Assembly (NCBI GenBank): GCA_023259135.1
Contig: JAHFQX010000011.1
Coordinates: forward strand, 54-64,053
Length of the DNA stretch: 64,000 bases
Origin: Betaproteobacteria bacterium
Lineage (GTDB): Bacteria; Pseudomonadota; Gammaproteobacteria; Burkholderiales; JAHFQX01
Reading direction: 5' to 3'
Below the pieces are notes generated by a model. It searched no databases, was not told the origin of the DNA, and saw only the letters and a program-made list of their open reading frames with translations. Shown one piece after another: positions 1 to 12,310 of the stretch (within the stretch, counting starts at the first letter, position 1; every line of letters begins with the position of its first letter). A program made the translations under genes and the position numbers.

Positions 1-441
1 CTCATCGGCATCAACAGCGCCATTTATTCCCGCACCGGCGGCTCCCTGGGGATCGGTTTCGCCATCCCCGTGAGCCTCGCCAAGCAGGTGATGGAGCAGA
101 TTGTCCGGAACGGCTCGGTCACCCGCGGCTGGCTGGGAGTGGAAGTGCAGGACGTCTCCCCGGAACTGGCGGAGTCGTTCAAGCTGGCGACGGCCAAAGG
201 CGCCTTGATCGCCGGGGTGGTGCGGGGCGGACCGGCCGACAAGGCGGGGATCAAGCCCGGCGACATTCTGGTGGCGGTCAACGACAAACCCGTCACCGAC
301 TCAGCCAACATGCTCAACTTAGTGGCGGCGCTGTCTCCCGGCCAGGCCGCCAACTTGAAAATTCTGCGCAACCAAGCCGAGCTGGGGGTGCGGGTTCTGA
401 CCGGCAAGCGTCCGGCGACCCGGCCAGAGGAGCAACGCTAG
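1..441 (+). CDS. DegP/DegQ/MucD-family periplasmic serine protease, C-terminal part (5' end outside window)
   Basis: Frame 1 is open from nt 1. LIGINSAIYSRTGGSLGIGFAIP marks the end of a trypsin-like domain. A PDZ-like segment follows: RGWLGVEVQDVSPELAESF...GIKPGDILVAVNDKPV. Stop at 439-441. Confidence 0.85.
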   Translation, partial: LIGINSAIYSRTGGSLGIGFAIPVSLAKQVMEQIVRNGSVTRGWLGVEVQDVSPELAESFKLATAKGALIAGVVRGGPADKAGIKPGDILVAVNDKPVTDSANMLNLVAALSPGQAANLKILRNQAELGVRVLTGKRPATRPEEQR

Positions 442-648
442 GAAGGGTCTGGATGAGTGGCCGCGGTGGCCCGCACTACCTCACAGCAGGCGTGGGGGGC
501 CATAAGCAAAGCGTATTGCGTCGCATGACATGAGGGTCATGAGGGTCAGACACGATATATGCAATGCAACGGCGAGCGAGATCAAAAAATGGTTTGTGCC
601 GCGGGTCGAAGCATGACGGATTTTTCTATCTCACCGACGAATTTAGCA

Positions 649-1389
649 TCAATCCTCGGCAGCTTCAGGCTGGGCTGTGCGCCGCTCCAGGGCGGCGGCT
701 ACCAGCACTCCGGCTTCGTAGAGCAGCCATAGGGGCAGGGCCAGCATGATCTGAGAAATCACGTCCGGGGGCGTGAGGATGGCGCCGATCACGAAGGCGC
801 CGACGATGACGTAGGGGCGCGATTCCCGCAGGGTAGCCACGTTGACCACGCCCATGCGCGCCAGCAGGATCACGGCGATGGGGACTTCGAAGGTGACCCC
901 GAAGGCCACGAACAGGGTCAGGACGAAATCCAGGTATTTGCCGATATCGGTCATCACCGCCACGCCCTGGGGGGCGATCCCGGTGACGAACCGGAAGACC
1001 ACCGGAAACACCAGGAAATAGGCGAAAGCCATGCCGCAGAAAAACAGCACGGTGCTGGCTACCACCAGCGGCCCGACCAGGCGTTTTTCGTGGGCATAGA
1101 GGCCGGGAGCGACGAATGCCCAGACCTGATGCAGCACGTAGGGCAGGGCCAGCAGCAAGGCCGCCAGCAGCGTGACTTTCATGGGCACGAAAAACGGTGT
1201 GGTGACTTCGGTGGCGATCATCTGCCCGCCGGCGGGCAGGGCCGCCAGCAAGGGCCGGGCCAGCAGCGCGTAGAGTTCCCCGGACCAGGGCAGCAGCGCC
1301 AGAAAAGCGATGCCTACCGCGATCAGTATCCGCATCAGCCGCTGGCGCAGCTCCACGAGATGGGAGAGCAGGTTTTCGGAGGAATCCAC
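649..1389 (-). CDS. tatC: Twin-arginine translocase subunit TatC
   Basis: 246-aa polytopic membrane ORF with N-terminal LSHLVELRQRL and C-terminal TPPDVISQ. GTG start lies 6 nt after the tatB stop, in tatA-tatB-tatC order. Confidence 0.93.
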   Translation of the reverse strand: MDSSENLLSHLVELRQRLMRILIAVGIAFLALLPWSGELYALLARPLLAALPAGGQMIATEVTTPFFVPMKVTLLAALLLALPYVLHQVWAFVAPGLYAHEKRLVGPLVVASTVLFFCGMAFAYFLVFPVVFRFVTGIAPQGVAVMTDIGKYLDFVLTLFVAFGVTFEVPIAVILLARMGVVNVATLRESRPYVIVGAFVIGAILTPPDVISQIMLALPLWLLYEAGVLVAAALERRTAQPEAAED

Positions 1390-1395
1390 GGGAAG

Positions 1396-1812
1396 TTATC
1401 CGGGTCGGCTGTCGCCGGGCTGCCGGGGACTGCCGGAAAAAGGCAGTTCCAATTGAGAGTGGGGGGCGGCGGGTTCCGGAGTTGCTGCCGGCGACTCGGC
1501 GGGTGCGGCTTTCACGCCCGGATCGGGGGAGGGTTCCGGCGGAGGTTGGAGCGCTTGTTCCAATTCCCCGACCGCCGCGGTGACGGAGGTTTCGATGGAA
1601 TGGGCGGTCTGCTGGACCGAATCCTTCAGGGAACGCAGCTCTTCCACCTGCATCTGCCGGGAGATATCGGCCTTGACCTCGGCCACGTAACGCTGCATCC
1701 GGCCCAGCAGGTGGCCCAGGGTGCGGGCCACCTTGGGCAGCCGCTCCGGGCCGATCACCACCAGCGCCACTACGGCGATGACCAGCATCTCCGAAAACCC
1801 GACATCGAACAC
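1396..1812 (-). CDS. tatB: Twin-arginine translocase subunit TatB
   Basis: (M)FDVGFSEMLVIAVVALVVIGPERLPK TatA/B-type N-terminus, amphipathic helix and Pro-rich tail. GTG start. Confidence 0.9.
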   Translation of the reverse strand: MFDVGFSEMLVIAVVALVVIGPERLPKVARTLGHLLGRMQRYVAEVKADISRQMQVEELRSLKDSVQQTAHSIETSVTAAVGELEQALQPPPEPSPDPGVKAAPAESPAATPEPAAPHSQLELPFSGSPRQPGDSRPG

Positions 1813-1824
1813 CGGAGCGCCCGC

Positions 1825-2067
1825 CTAGGAGGAGCGGCTATGGTCCTTTGTCTTGCCCTCGTAGGTGTGTCCGGCGGTCGGGGTCTGATCCAACTGGTCC
1901 GGTTTTTTTGCGGTCGCGTCCTGATTTTCCGCGTCCCGCATGCCTTCCTTGAAGCCCTTCACGGCGCCGCCCAGATCCTGGCCGATATTGCGCAGCTTTT
2001 TGGTGCCGAAGACCAGGACGATGATCAGCAGAACGACCAGCCAATGCCAAATGCTGAAGCTACCCAT
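1825..2067 (-). CDS. tatA: Twin-arginine translocase subunit TatA
   Basis: 80 aa: [43 protein letters not shown]. Confidence 0.93.
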   Translation of the reverse strand: MGSFSIWHWLVVLLIIVLVFGTKKLRNIGQDLGGAVKGFKEGMRDAENQDATAKKPDQLDQTPTAGHTYEGKTKDHSRSS

Positions 2068-2079
2068 GATTGCAACTCC

Positions 2080-2436
2080 TCAAGAAGCGCGGGCCAACAT
2101 GACCGGCAGGAGGTGGGGGCCGCCGCCCACCACGTGGAAATGAATATGCATGACTTCCTGGCGCCCCACCCGCCCGGTGTTGGCGATGGTGCGAAAGCCG
2201 TCGCCCAGCCCCTGTTGCTTGGCCAATCGGGAGATGAGGAGCATCAGCTTGCCCATCACGGCTTGGTGGCTGTCGTCCAGGTGGGCCAGGGACTCGATGT
2301 GTAATTTCGGGATCACCAGGAAATGCACCGGCGCCTGGGGATGGATGTCGTGGAATGCCATGAGATCGGCATCCTCGTGGATTTTCCGGCTGGGCAATTC
2401 ACCCCGGGCAATTTTGCAAAAAACGCAGTTATCCAT
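2080..2436 (-). CDS. HIT-family (histidine triad) nucleotide hydrolase
   Basis: 118 aa with CVFCKI near the N-terminus and the histidine triad HIHFHVVGG near the C-terminus. Confidence 0.9.
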   Translation of the reverse strand: MDNCVFCKIARGELPSRKIHEDADLMAFHDIHPQAPVHFLVIPKLHIESLAHLDDSHQAVMGKLMLLISRLAKQQGLGDGFRTIANTGRVGRQEVMHIHFHVVGGGPHLLPVMLARAS

Positions 2437-2442
2437 GATCGA

Positions 2443-2778
2443 CTATTCCAGGGGGGGAGTGCCGCGGGAGGCTTTTTCGTCCACCCCCGAGATGCCTTCC
2501 CGGCGGCGCAGTTCGGCCAGCACGTCTTCCGGCCCCAGACCGTGCCAGGCCAGCAACACCAGGGAATGGAACCATAGGTCGGCCAATTCCCGGACGATAT
2601 GCAGTTTATCACCGTCCTTGGAGGCCATCAGAACCTCGGCGGCTTCCTCGGCGACCTTCTTGAGGACGGCGTCGTGGCCCTTGGCGAACAGGCCGGCCAC
2701 GTAGGAACGGGCTGGATCGCCGGCTTTGCGGCTGTCGATGGTGGCGCCCAGGCGCTTGAGAATGTCGGCGTCGATCAT
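2443..2778 (-). CDS. hisE: Phosphoribosyl-ATP pyrophosphatase HisE
   Basis: The internal ATG (2776-2778) of a longer ORF gives 111 aa: [17 protein letters not shown]...[10 protein letters not shown]...KVAEEAAEV...[13 protein letters not shown]. Lies directly downstream of hisI. Confidence 0.9.
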   Translation of the reverse strand: MIDADILKRLGATIDSRKAGDPARSYVAGLFAKGHDAVLKKVAEEAAEVLMASKDGDKLHIVRELADLWFHSLVLLAWHGLGPEDVLAELRRREGISGVDEKASRGTPPLE

Positions 2779-2786
2779 GATTGGAG

Positions 2787-3185
2787 TCAGTCGGTTTTGC
2801 CCGGATAAATCGCCCCCGGGTCCTTGAGTTGCGGCTCCACCGTCACCCAGCGGGCTTCTTCCAGGCGCCGGAAGAAGCAGTGGTGCCGGCCGGTGTGGCA
2901 GGCGATGCCGCCGACCTGCTCCACGCTCAGCAGCACCGCGTCCGCGTCGCAGTCCAGGCGGATTTCCTTGACCCGCTGCACATGGCCGGAGGCCTGGCCT
3001 TTCTTCCACAGCCGGTTGCGGGAACGGGACCAGTATACCGCTTCCCCGGAGGCCGCCGTCAGGGCCAGGGCCTCCCGGTTCATCCAGGCCAGCATCAGCA
3101 CCCTGCCGCTGCCCGCCTCTTGGGCCACGGCGGCGATCAGGCCGCTTTCCGGCCATGCCACTTGATCGAGCCACGAGTCACTCAT
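2787..3185 (-). CDS. hisI: Phosphoribosyl-AMP cyclohydrolase HisI
   Basis: 132 aa: [11 protein letters not shown]...[22 protein letters not shown]...DCDADAVLL...GIACHTG. ATGA overlap with the hisF stop. Confidence 0.92.
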   Translation of the reverse strand: MSDSWLDQVAWPESGLIAAVAQEAGSGRVLMLAWMNREALALTAASGEAVYWSRSRNRLWKKGQASGHVQRVKEIRLDCDADAVLLSVEQVGGIACHTGRHHCFFRRLEEARWVTVEPQLKDPGAIYPGKTD

Positions 3186-3952
3186 AGTCGGACCTCCACT
3201 CCATGCCGGGCCAGGTATTCCTTGGCTTGACGGACGGTGAACTCGCCGTAGTGGAAAATGCTAGCGGCCAGCACCGCATCCGCCCGCCCGTCCCGGACGC
3301 CTTCCAGCAGATGGGCGAGATTGCCGGCGCCGCCGCTGGCGATGATGGGAATGTCCAGGGCATCCGAAAAGGCCCGGGTCAGCGGCAGGTCGAAGCCGTC
3401 CCGGGTGCCGTCCCGATCCATGCTGGTGAGCAGGATTTCCCCGGCCCCCGCGGCTTGCATTCTGCGCCCCCAATCCACGGCGTCAAGGCCGGTGGCTGTT
3501 CGGCCGCCGTGGGTGAATACTTCCCAGCGGGGCGCGGGACCGCCGGCCGCTTGCTTGGCGTCCACCGCTACCACGATGCATTGGGAGCCGAACCGGCCGC
3601 CGGCTTCTTCCACCAGGGCGGGATTTTGCACCGCCGCGGTGTTGATGCTGACCTTGTCGGCCCCGGCGTTGAGCAGCCGCCGCACGTCGTCCACGCTGCG
3701 CACCCCGCCGCCCACGGTGAGGGGAATGAAGACTTGGCCGGCCACCTGTTCCACCACCTCCAGGAGGAGATCCCGGTCATCGCTGCTGGCGGTGATATCC
3801 AGGAACACCAGCTCATCCGCTCCTTGCTCGTCGTAGCGCCGGGCCACTTCCACCGGATCCCCCGCGTCCCGCAGGTTGACGAAATTCACTCCCTTGACGA
3901 CCCGCCCGGCGTTGACGTCGAGGCAGGGGATGACGCGCTTGGCGAGACCCAT
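3182..3952 (-). CDS. hisF: Imidazole glycerol phosphate synthase cyclase subunit HisF
   Basis: 256 aa: [35 protein letters not shown]...[13 protein letters not shown]. Confidence 0.95.
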   Translation of the reverse strand: MGLAKRVIPCLDVNAGRVVKGVNFVNLRDAGDPVEVARRYDEQGADELVFLDITASSDDRDLLLEVVEQVAGQVFIPLTVGGGVRSVDDVRRLLNAGADKVSINTAAVQNPALVEEAGGRFGSQCIVVAVDAKQAAGGPAPRWEVFTHGGRTATGLDAVDWGRRMQAAGAGEILLTSMDRDGTRDGFDLPLTRAFSDALDIPIIASGGAGNLAHLLEGVRDGRADAVLAASIFHYGEFTVRQAKEYLARHGVEVRL

Positions 3953-3964
3953 GAAATATCCGGG

Positions 3965-4720
3965 CTAGCCGGTCGCCCGGGCGCCGGAAAGCTGGTCGGC
4001 CAAGCGCTGCGCTTCCTGGAGATCCAGGACGCCTTGGTAGAGGGCCCGCCCGGTGATGGCGCCCATGATGCCCTCGGATTGCACCGCGCACAGCCGGCGC
4101 ACGTCCTCCAGGCTGGCGATGCCGCCGCTGGCGATGACCGGCACCGTCAGTTCCCGAGCCAGGGCGACGGTGGCTTCGATGTTGATGCCGGTGAGCATGC
4201 CGTCCCGGCCGATATCGGTGTGGATAATCGCTTCCACGCCGTAATCCTGGAATTTCCTGGCCAGATCCACGACGTCGTGGCCGGTGACCTTGGACCAGCC
4301 GTCCACCGCCACCTTGCCGTCCTTGGAATCCAGCCCCACCATGATATGGCCGGGAAAAGCCGAGCAGGCGTCGTGCAGGAAGCCGGGGGTCTTCACCGCC
4401 GCGGTGCCGATGACCACGTAGCCGATGCCGTCGTCCAGATAGCGCTCGATGGTGTCCAGGTCGCGGATGCCGCCGCCCAGTTGCACCGGGATGGCGTCTC
4501 CCACCGCGGCGACGATTTCCAGGATGGCTTTTTCGTTCTTGGGCCGGCCGGCGAAAGCGCCGTTCAAATCCACCAAGTGCAGCCTGCGGGCGCCTTGGGC
4601 GACCCAATGCCGGGCCATGGCGGCCGGATCCTCGGAAAAGGTGGTGGCGTCTTCCATGACGCCTTGCTTGAGCCGGACGCAATGTCCGTCCTTGAGGTCG
4701 ATGGCGGGAATGATGAGCAT
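3965..4720 (-). CDS. hisA: ProFAR isomerase HisA
   Basis: The internal ATG at 4718-4720 gives [20 protein letters not shown]...[13 protein letters not shown]. The upstream part of the ORF overlaps hisH and is not HisA-like. Confidence 0.93.
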   Translation of the reverse strand: MLIIPAIDLKDGHCVRLKQGVMEDATTFSEDPAAMARHWVAQGARRLHLVDLNGAFAGRPKNEKAILEIVAAVGDAIPVQLGGGIRDLDTIERYLDDGIGYVVIGTAAVKTPGFLHDACSAFPGHIMVGLDSKDGKVAVDGWSKVTGHDVVDLARKFQDYGVEAIIHTDIGRDGMLTGINIEATVALARELTVPVIASGGIASLEDVRRLCAVQSEGIMGAITGRALYQGVLDLQEAQRLADQLSGARATG

Positions 4721-4763
4721 CGGTTGCGGCCTGGCTGGATGAAGAAACGGGATGGATTCGGGT

Positions 4764-5399
4764 TCAGGGGCGCCAAGCGACGAAATTGCGCAGCAGCGCG
4801 AGCCCGGCGGCTTGGCTTTTTTCCGGGTGGAACTGTACGGCAAAAATATTGTGCCGCGCCACCGCGGCGGCGAACGGCGCGGGATAGCGGCTGATGCCCA
4901 GCGTCAAGCTCGTGTCCGCGGGCTCCGCATAGTAACTGTGGACGAAGTAGAAGCGGCTGTCCTGAGGGATATCCCGCCACAGCGCATGGGATCGCTCCTG
5001 ATGCACCTGGTTCCAGCCCATGTGGGGCACCTTGAGGCGGAGCCCGGCGGCATCGGTCATGGCGGCGGGGAAGCGCCTGACCCGCCCCGGCAGGATGCCG
5101 AGCCCCGCGACATTGCCTTCCTCGCTGGATTCGAATAGCATTTGTAGGCCGATGCAAATTCCCAGGAACGGCTTGTGGCGGGAGGCCGCGATGACGGCAT
5201 CCCGCAGCCCCCGGCCGGTCAATTCCCGGATGCAGTCGGGCATGGCCCCCTGGCCAGGGAACACCACCCGGCCGGCCTGGTTGACGGTCGCGGCATCACC
5301 GGCGACGGCGACCCGCAATCGGGGGGCGACATGCTCCAGGGCTTTGGCCACCGATTTCAGGTTGCCCATCCCATAATCCACGACGACGATATCCGGCAT
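4764..5399 (-). CDS. hisH: Imidazole glycerol phosphate synthase glutaminase subunit HisH
   Basis: 211 aa: [27 protein letters not shown] (nucleophile elbow), VQFHPEKS. Confidence 0.94.
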   Translation of the reverse strand: MPDIVVVDYGMGNLKSVAKALEHVAPRLRVAVAGDAATVNQAGRVVFPGQGAMPDCIRELTGRGLRDAVIAASRHKPFLGICIGLQMLFESSEEGNVAGLGILPGRVRRFPAAMTDAAGLRLKVPHMGWNQVHQERSHALWRDIPQDSRFYFVHSYYAEPADTSLTLGISRYPAPFAAAVARHNIFAVQFHPEKSQAAGLALLRNFVAWRP

Positions 5400-5441
5400 T
5401 CGACGACCTATCCACGATCCCCAGAGAACGCAAGCTTCCGT

Positions 5442-6035
5442 CTACAGGGTTCCTTTGGTGGAGGGCAGCGCCGAGCCTTCCCGGGGGTCACGCTCGATCG
5501 CTATTCTGAGGGCGCGTCCGAAAGCCTTGAAGGCGGTTTCGGCTTGATGGTGGGCATTGTTGCCCTTGAGGTTGTCCACATGCAGCGTGACCCGGGCATG
5601 GTTGACGAAGCCCTGGAAAAATTCCCGCAGCAGGTCCACGTCGAAATCGCCGATCAGGGGCCGGGTATAGGCGACTTGATAGTCCAAGCCCGGCCGGCCG
5701 GAGAGGTCCACCACCACTCGGCTTAGCGCTTCGTCCAAGGGCACGTAGGCATGGCCGTAGCGGCGGACGCCTTGCTTGTCGCCGATGGCCTGGGCGAAGG
5801 CCTGGCCCAGGGCGATGCCGACGTCTTCCACGGTGTGGTGGCTATCCACGTGCAGATCGCCGGTGGCGGAGAGGGTCAGATCCAGCATGCCGTGCCGGGC
5901 CAATTGCTCCAGCATGTGATCGAAAAAGCCGATGCCGGTGGCGATATTGAATTGGCCGCTGCCGTCCAGGTTCAGCTCGACGACAATCTGGGTTTCCAGC
6001 GTGTTGCGGGTGATTTCGGCGGTGCGCATGGTCAT
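5442..6035 (-). CDS. hisB: Imidazoleglycerol-phosphate dehydratase HisB
   Basis: 197 aa: [18 protein letters not shown]...[17 protein letters not shown]...[12 protein letters not shown]...[14 protein letters not shown]. Confidence 0.95.
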   Translation of the reverse strand: MTMRTAEITRNTLETQIVVELNLDGSGQFNIATGIGFFDHMLEQLARHGMLDLTLSATGDLHVDSHHTVEDVGIALGQAFAQAIGDKQGVRRYGHAYVPLDEALSRVVVDLSGRPGLDYQVAYTRPLIGDFDVDLLREFFQGFVNHARVTLHVDNLKGNNAHHQAETAFKAFGRALRIAIERDPREGSALPSTKGTL

Positions 6036-6051
6036 GGGAAAAGCCAGGGGG

Positions 6052-7125
6052 TCAGGCGGCGAGCAGAGCTCGCAGGGCTTTGACGAAGCATTCGTTTTCT
6101 TCCGGGGTGCCGACGGTGACCCGCAGGCAATGCTCCAGCATGGGGTGGCTGCCGTGGAGATTTTTCACCAGTATGCCGTTTTGCCGCAAGCCTGCAAAGG
6201 CCGCCGGAGCATCGGACACCCGGAACAGGATGAAATTGGCGGAACTGGGAAACGGCACGACCCCCGGCAAGCCCAGCAATTGCTCGCGCAAGGCCACGCG
6301 GTCCCGCTTGATCCGGGCGGCCTGCCGGAGCAAAGGCGCGGGGTGTTCCAGAACCGTTTCGGCAACCGCTTGAGTCAATGCGTTCACGTTATAGGGCAAG
6401 CGCAATTTTTCCAATTGGGTGATCCAGGGTGGCGGCCCCGCCAAAAAACCCAACCTGAGACCCGCCAGCCCCAGCTTGGACAGGGTGCGCATCACCAGCA
6501 AGTTGGGATGACGGCCTACCTGGGCCATGAAGCTGGCATCGGCAAAAGCATGATACGCCTCATCCACCACCACCAGTCCGGGGGCGGCTTCGATGATACG
6601 CGCTAGGGTATCCCCATCAAACAGATTCCCACTGGGATTGTTGGGATAAGCCAAGAACACCGCCGCCGGTCGATGCCGGCGGATGGCGGCGAGCATGGTT
6701 TCCGGATCCAGGCGGAAATCTTCCCGCAGCGGAACGCCGACATAGCCGATGCCGGCGGCGGTGGCGAGCATGCGAAACATGACGAAGCTGGGCTCGACGC
6801 TCAAGGCGACCGCGCCGGGCCGGGCCACCGCCAGGGCGACGATCTGGATGATCTCGTCGGAGCCGTTGCCCACCATGATCTCGGCGCCGGCGGGGATGGC
6901 CATGCTCTCCCGCAGGCAAGCCTTGAGCGCGTCGGCATGGGGATCGGGATAGCGGTTCAAGGGCACGGCCGCCAGCCGCTTCGCCACGGCGGCCCGCAAT
7001 TCCTCCGGCAACGGATAGGGGTTCTCCATGGCATCCAGCTTGATCAGTCCCGCGCTGTCGGGGACGTGATAGGGCGACAGGGACAGCAACTCCGGGCGTA
7101 TCAGTCGTTCGGGCGGCAGCGGCAT
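6052..7125 (-). CDS. hisC: Histidinol-phosphate aminotransferase HisC
   Basis: Class-II aminotransferase with YPDP...LK, NPNNPSGN and PLP-lysine context [12 protein letters not shown]. First ATG at 7123-7125; the ORF track extends 2 codons further to a TTG at 7131. Confidence 0.9.
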   Translation of the reverse strand: MPLPPERLIRPELLSLSPYHVPDSAGLIKLDAMENPYPLPEELRAAVAKRLAAVPLNRYPDPHADALKACLRESMAIPAGAEIMVGNGSDEIIQIVALAVARPGAVALSVEPSFVMFRMLATAAGIGYVGVPLREDFRLDPETMLAAIRRHRPAAVFLAYPNNPSGNLFDGDTLARIIEAAPGLVVVDEAYHAFADASFMAQVGRHPNLLVMRTLSKLGLAGLRLGFLAGPPPWITQLEKLRLPYNVNALTQAVAETVLEHPAPLLRQAARIKRDRVALREQLLGLPGVVPFPSSANFILFRVSDAPAAFAGLRQNGILVKNLHGSHPMLEHCLRVTVGTPEENECFVKALRALLAA

Positions 7126-7134
7126 GGGCAAAAT

Positions 7135-8466
7135 TCAGGAAGCTTCCCGGGTCCGGCAGCGGGCGGATGCGGCGTGGGCCGGCAAGCCTTCCCCGTCGGC
7201 CAGGGCGGCGGCGGTCTCGCCCAGGCGGCGGGCGGCGGCGGCGGAGATTCCAATCAGGCTGGTGCGCTTCTGGAAGTCGTAGACGCCCAGGGGCGAGGAG
7301 AAGCGCGCCGTGCCCGAGGTGGGCAGCACGTGGTTGGGGCCGGCGCAGTAGTCGCCCAGGGACTCGGAAGCGTAGCGGCCCAGAAAGATGGCGCCGGCGT
7401 GGCGGATGTGAGGCAGCCAGGCTTCGGGATCGGCCACCGACAGCTCCAGATGCTCCGGGGCGATGGCGTTGGCTAGTGCGCAGGCTTCCGCCAAGTCCCG
7501 CACTTCGATCAAGGCGCCGCGGCGGGCCAGCGCGGCCCGGATCACCGCTTGGCGGGGAGTGGCGGCCAGGCAGCGGGTCATGGCGGCGGCCACGGCGTCG
7601 AGGCAGCGGGGATCGGGGGACAACAGCAGGGATTGGGCTTGCTCGTCGTGCTCGGCCTGGGAAAACAAATCCCAGGCGACCCATTCGGCGGGGGTTTGCC
7701 CGTCGCAGATGACCAGGATTTCCGAAGGGCCCGCCAGCATGTCGATGCCCACCGCGCCGAACACTTGGCGCTTGGCGGCGGCGACGTAGGCGTTGCCGGG
7801 ACCGACGATTTTGTCCACTCGGGGGATCGTCGCCGTGCCGTAAGCCAAGGCGGCGATGGCTTGCGCGCCGCCGATGCTGAAGAGCCGGTCCACTCCGGCG
7901 ATGGCGGCGGCGGCCAGCACCAGCTCGTTGATCCGCCCGTCGGGGGCCGGGGTGACCATGATCAGCTCGCCTACCCCCGCCACCTTGGCGGGCAGGGCGT
8001 TCATCAGCACCGACGAAGGGTAGGCCGCCTTGCCGCCGGGGACGTAGAGGCCTACCCGGTCCAGGGGCGTGACCCGCTGGCCCAGCAGCACGCCGTCGCC
8101 GTCGTCCTGGCTCCAGGATTCTAGCTTTTGCCGCTGGTGGTAGGCCGTGATGCGCCGGGCGGCGGTTTCCAGATGGGCCCGCAGGTTTTCCGGAATGGCC
8201 TCCAGGGCGGCGGCGCGGCGCTCGGCGGGAAGCTCCAAGGACTCTACCGACGGGGCTTCCAGGCGGTCGAAGCGGCGGGTGTATTCCAGCAGGGCGGCAT
8301 TGCCCCGGCTCCGGACTTGTCGCAGGATTTCCGCGACGGTGTTTTCCACGTTGCCATCCAGGGCGGCGTCGTAGGCCCGCAGCTCGGCCAAGCGTTCCGC
8401 GAAATCCGCTTGGCGGGTGGCAAGGCGGCGGATTTCAAGCATGGCCGACGGCTCGGGCAAAGGCAT
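7135..8466 (-). CDS. hisD: Histidinol dehydrogenase HisD
   Basis: 443-aa ORF with [24 protein letters not shown] and [14 protein letters not shown]. An alternative ATG at 8442 would cut the overlap with hisG to 8 nt. Confidence 0.93.
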   Translation of the reverse strand: MPLPEPSAMLEIRRLATRQADFAERLAELRAYDAALDGNVENTVAEILRQVRSRGNAALLEYTRRFDRLEAPSVESLELPAERRAAALEAIPENLRAHLETAARRITAYHQRQKLESWSQDDGDGVLLGQRVTPLDRVGLYVPGGKAAYPSSVLMNALPAKVAGVGELIMVTPAPDGRINELVLAAAAIAGVDRLFSIGGAQAIAALAYGTATIPRVDKIVGPGNAYVAAAKRQVFGAVGIDMLAGPSEILVICDGQTPAEWVAWDLFSQAEHDEQAQSLLLSPDPRCLDAVAAAMTRCLAATPRQAVIRAALARRGALIEVRDLAEACALANAIAPEHLELSVADPEAWLPHIRHAGAIFLGRYASESLGDYCAGPNHVLPTSGTARFSSPLGVYDFQKRTSLIGISAAAARRLGETAAALADGEGLPAHAASARCRTREAS

Positions 8467-9079
8467 CCAGCACCGGCTGGATTTGCCGGCGCTTGAGTTT
8501 CAAGGCGGCTTGATTCACCACTAGCCGGGCGCTCACTTCCATGATGGATTCCACCGCCACCAGATGATTGGCCCGCAGCGTATTGCCGCTGCTGACCAGA
8601 TCGACGATGGCATCGGCCAGGCCCACCAGGGGGGCCAGCTCCATGGAGCCGTAGAGCTTGATGAGATCCACGTGGACGCCCTTGGCGGCGAAGTGGCGGC
8701 GGGCGGTGCCCAGGTATTTGGTCGCCACCTTCAAGCGGCTGCCCCGGCGCACCGCTCCTGCGTAGTCGAAACCTTCGGGCACCGCCACCATCATGCGGCA
8801 GCGGCTGATGGCCAGGTCGATGGGTTGATACAGCCCCTCGCCGCCATGCTCTTCCAGCACGTCCTTGCCGGCAATGCCCAGGTCGGCGGCGCCGTATTGC
8901 ACATAGGTCGGCACATCGCTGGCACGCACGATGATGATGCGGATCTGGGGGTGGCTGGTGCCCACGATCAGCTTGCGGGTCTTTTCCGGGTCCTCGGCGG
9001 GGATGATGCCGGCGGCGGCCAGCAGCGGCGCCGCCTCGGCGAGGATGCGGCCCTTGGAGAGGGCGAGGGTCAAGGTCAT
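8435..9079 (-). CDS. hisG: ATP phosphoribosyltransferase (short form) HisG
   Basis: 214 aa: [12 protein letters not shown]...[10 protein letters not shown]...[12 protein letters not shown]. First gene of the his block. Confidence 0.92.
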   Translation of the reverse strand: MTLTLALSKGRILAEAAPLLAAAGIIPAEDPEKTRKLIVGTSHPQIRIIIVRASDVPTYVQYGAADLGIAGKDVLEEHGGEGLYQPIDLAISRCRMMVAVPEGFDYAGAVRRGSRLKVATKYLGTARRHFAAKGVHVDLIKLYGSMELAPLVGLADAIVDLVSSGNTLRANHLVAVESIMEVSARLVVNQAALKLKRRQIQPVLDAFARAVGHA

Positions 9080-9080
9080 G

Positions 9081-10370
<1,290 letters not shown>

Positions 10371-10607
10371 TCATCGTGCCGCCCAGGCTTCCGGGGTGTA
10401 GGTTTTCATGGACAGGGCATGGATTTCCTCCCGCATCCGGTCGCCCAGGGCGCGGTACACCAACTGGTGCTGCTGGACCCGAGATTTGCCGCGGAATTCG
10501 GCGCTGACGATGACGGCCTCGAAGTGATGGCCGTCGCCTTCCACCCGGACGTGATCGCTGGGCAGATGCTGCTGGATGTGGGATTGAATGTCTTGGGAGG
10601 TGACCAT
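10371..10607 (-). CDS. ibaG: BolA-family protein (IbaG/YrbA-like)
   Basis: An internal ATG gives 78 aa: MVTSQDIQSHIQQHLPSDHVRVEGDGHHFEAVIVSAEF.GKSRVQQHQLVY. Sits between the mla/ABC genes and murA, as in E. coli mla-ibaG-murA. Confidence 0.8.
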   Translation of the reverse strand: MVTSQDIQSHIQQHLPSDHVRVEGDGHHFEAVIVSAEFRGKSRVQQHQLVYRALGDRMREEIHALSMKTYTPEAWAAR

Positions 10608-10609
10608 GA

Positions 10610-11365
10610 TTAGGAGCGGAGTTTGTATCCGGTCTTGAGGAGCCAAAGGGTGAGCAATGATAAGGCCAAAAAACAGCCCGCGACAACGGCAAGACTCAAC
10701 AGCGGGGGCACGTCGGAGGTCGCCAGAAAGCCGTAGCGAAATCCGTCGATGATGTAGAACACCGGGTTGAAGTGCGACAAGCCCTGCCAGAACGGAGGCA
10801 GGGAGCGGATCGAGTAGAACACCCCCGACAGAAAGGTCAGCGGCATGATGAGGAAGTTTTGGAATGCCGCCAACTGGTCGAACTTGTCGGCCCAGATGCC
10901 GGCGATGATGCCCAGCGTCCCCAGAATGCCGCTGCCCAGCAGCAGGAAGGCCAGCGCCCAGAACGGATGGGGCAGGGCAAGATCGGCGAAGGGGGCCGCC
11001 ACCAGGAACACTCCGAGCCCCACCATCACGCCGCGGGCCAGGGAAGCCAGCAGATAGGCCCAGAAGATTTCCGTGGGGGACAGGGGGGGCAGCAAGACGT
11101 ACACCAGATTGCCGGTGATCTTGGATTGGATGAGGCTGGAGGAGCTGTTGGCGAAGGCATTTTGCAGCGCCGACATCATGGCCAGCCCCGGAATGAGAAA
11201 GGCGGCATAGCCGATTCCGGGATAGACCTGGACGTGGCTTTCCAGCACATGGGAAAAGATCAGGAGATAAAGCAAGGCCGACAGCACCGGGGCCAGCAGG
11301 GTCTGGAAGCTGACTTTCCAGAAGCGTAGCAGCTCTTTTTGGCACAGCGTGAGGAAGCCGCCCAT
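10610..11365 (-). CDS. ABC-2 type exporter permease
   Basis: 251-aa six-TM protein. Its start lies 1 nt after the stop of the upstream ABC ATPase. YadH-like architecture. Confidence 0.8.
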   Translation of the reverse strand: MGGFLTLCQKELLRFWKVSFQTLLAPVLSALLYLLIFSHVLESHVQVYPGIGYAAFLIPGLAMMSALQNAFANSSSSLIQSKITGNLVYVLLPPLSPTEIFWAYLLASLARGVMVGLGVFLVAAPFADLALPHPFWALAFLLLGSGILGTLGIIAGIWADKFDQLAAFQNFLIMPLTFLSGVFYSIRSLPPFWQGLSHFNPVFYIIDGFRYGFLATSDVPPLLSLAVVAGCFLALSLLTLWLLKTGYKLRS

Positions 11366-11366
11366 C

Positions 11367-12266
11367 TCAGGATTTCCTCATGATCTTGACGAACACTTCT
11401 TCCAGGTCGGGCTGGAGCAATTGCATTTCCAGAATGCGGATGCCGGCCCTGCGCAGCTCCGCCAGCACGTGCTCCAGGGTTCCATAGCCCTGCAACGCCA
11501 AAGTGCGCTCTCCGTTTTCGGAGGCGCCGGCCAAGGATTCCAAAGAGGCGGGCAGGCGGTCCGGGTCGAGCCGCAGCTTGAGGATTTGCTCGGAGACCGC
11601 ATTGATGAGGTTCTGGGTGGTATCCAAGGCGACCACCCGGCCCTGCTTGAGCATGGCGATGCGCTGGCACAGGGCCTCGGCTTCTTCCAGGTAATGGGTG
11701 GTGAGGACGATGGTGTGGCCTTCGCTGTTGAGCTTGCGGATGAAAGCCCAGAGGGCTTGCCGCAATTCCACGTCCACGCCGGCGGTGGGTTCGTCCAGCA
11801 CGATGACCTGGGGCTTGTGCACCAGCGCCTGGGCCACCATCACCCGGCGCTTCATGCCTCCGGACAGGGCCCGCATGTTGACGTCGGCCTTGTCTGCCAA
11901 ATCCAGGTGGTGAATGATTTCGTCGACCCAGTCGTCGTTGCGGCGCAAGCCGAAGTAGCCGGACTGAATCCGCAGCGCTTCCCGCACCGTGAAGAACGGG
12001 TCGAACACCAGTTCTTGGGGCACCACGCCCAGGGCTCTGCGGGCTTGCCGGTATTGGGTGGCGACATCGAAGCCCAGCACCGAGGCCTGGCCGCGATCCG
12101 CCTTGACCAGGCCGGCGAGAATGCTGATGAGGGTGGTTTTGCCGGCGCCGTTGGGCCCCAGCAGGGCAAAAAATTCGCCGGGCATCACTTCCAGATCCAC
12201 CCCGTCCAAAGCCCGGAGTGTTCCATAGCTTTTGTAAAGCTGCCGAGCGCAAATTGCGGGAGTCAT
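11367..12266 (-). CDS. ABC transporter ATP-binding protein (ABC-2 partner)
   Basis: The internal ATG (12264-12266) gives MTPAICARQLYKSYG...; Walker [10 protein letters not shown], signature LSGGMKRR, Walker B VIVLDEPT. Confidence 0.9.
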   Translation of the reverse strand: MTPAICARQLYKSYGTLRALDGVDLEVMPGEFFALLGPNGAGKTTLISILAGLVKADRGQASVLGFDVATQYRQARRALGVVPQELVFDPFFTVREALRIQSGYFGLRRNDDWVDEIIHHLDLADKADVNMRALSGGMKRRVMVAQALVHKPQVIVLDEPTAGVDVELRQALWAFIRKLNSEGHTIVLTTHYLEEAEALCQRIAMLKQGRVVALDTTQNLINAVSEQILKLRLDPDRLPASLESLAGASENGERTLALQGYGTLEHVLAELRRAGIRILEMQLLQPDLEEVFVKIMRKS

Positions 12267-12310
12267 GGCGGATGGAGTTTGCGGGGCCGGAGGACGGGCC
12301 CGGAGGCCGG

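Noticed and set aside
529-546. Tandem 9-bp duplication catgagggt x2 in the degP/tatC spacer
   Set aside because: It is a single short duplication in a convergent intergenic region, with no associated structure or ORF. Probably replication slippage.
1090-2304. 404-aa plus-strand ORF
   Set aside because: It is antisense to tatC, tatB, tatA and the HIT gene. Its composition is Gly/Arg/Gln-rich and low-complexity, typical of GC-driven open frames, and the opposite strand encodes conserved proteins.
3203-4894. 563-aa plus-strand ORF
   Set aside because: It is antisense to hisF and hisA, has no recognisable motifs and shows the same GC artefact. This also applies to 5175..5726, 6673..7476, 9333..10340, 11349..12353, 17447..18574, 22702..23895, 25123..26280, 37986..39200, 39657..40784, 47353..48588, 56972..58528 and 59325..60647.
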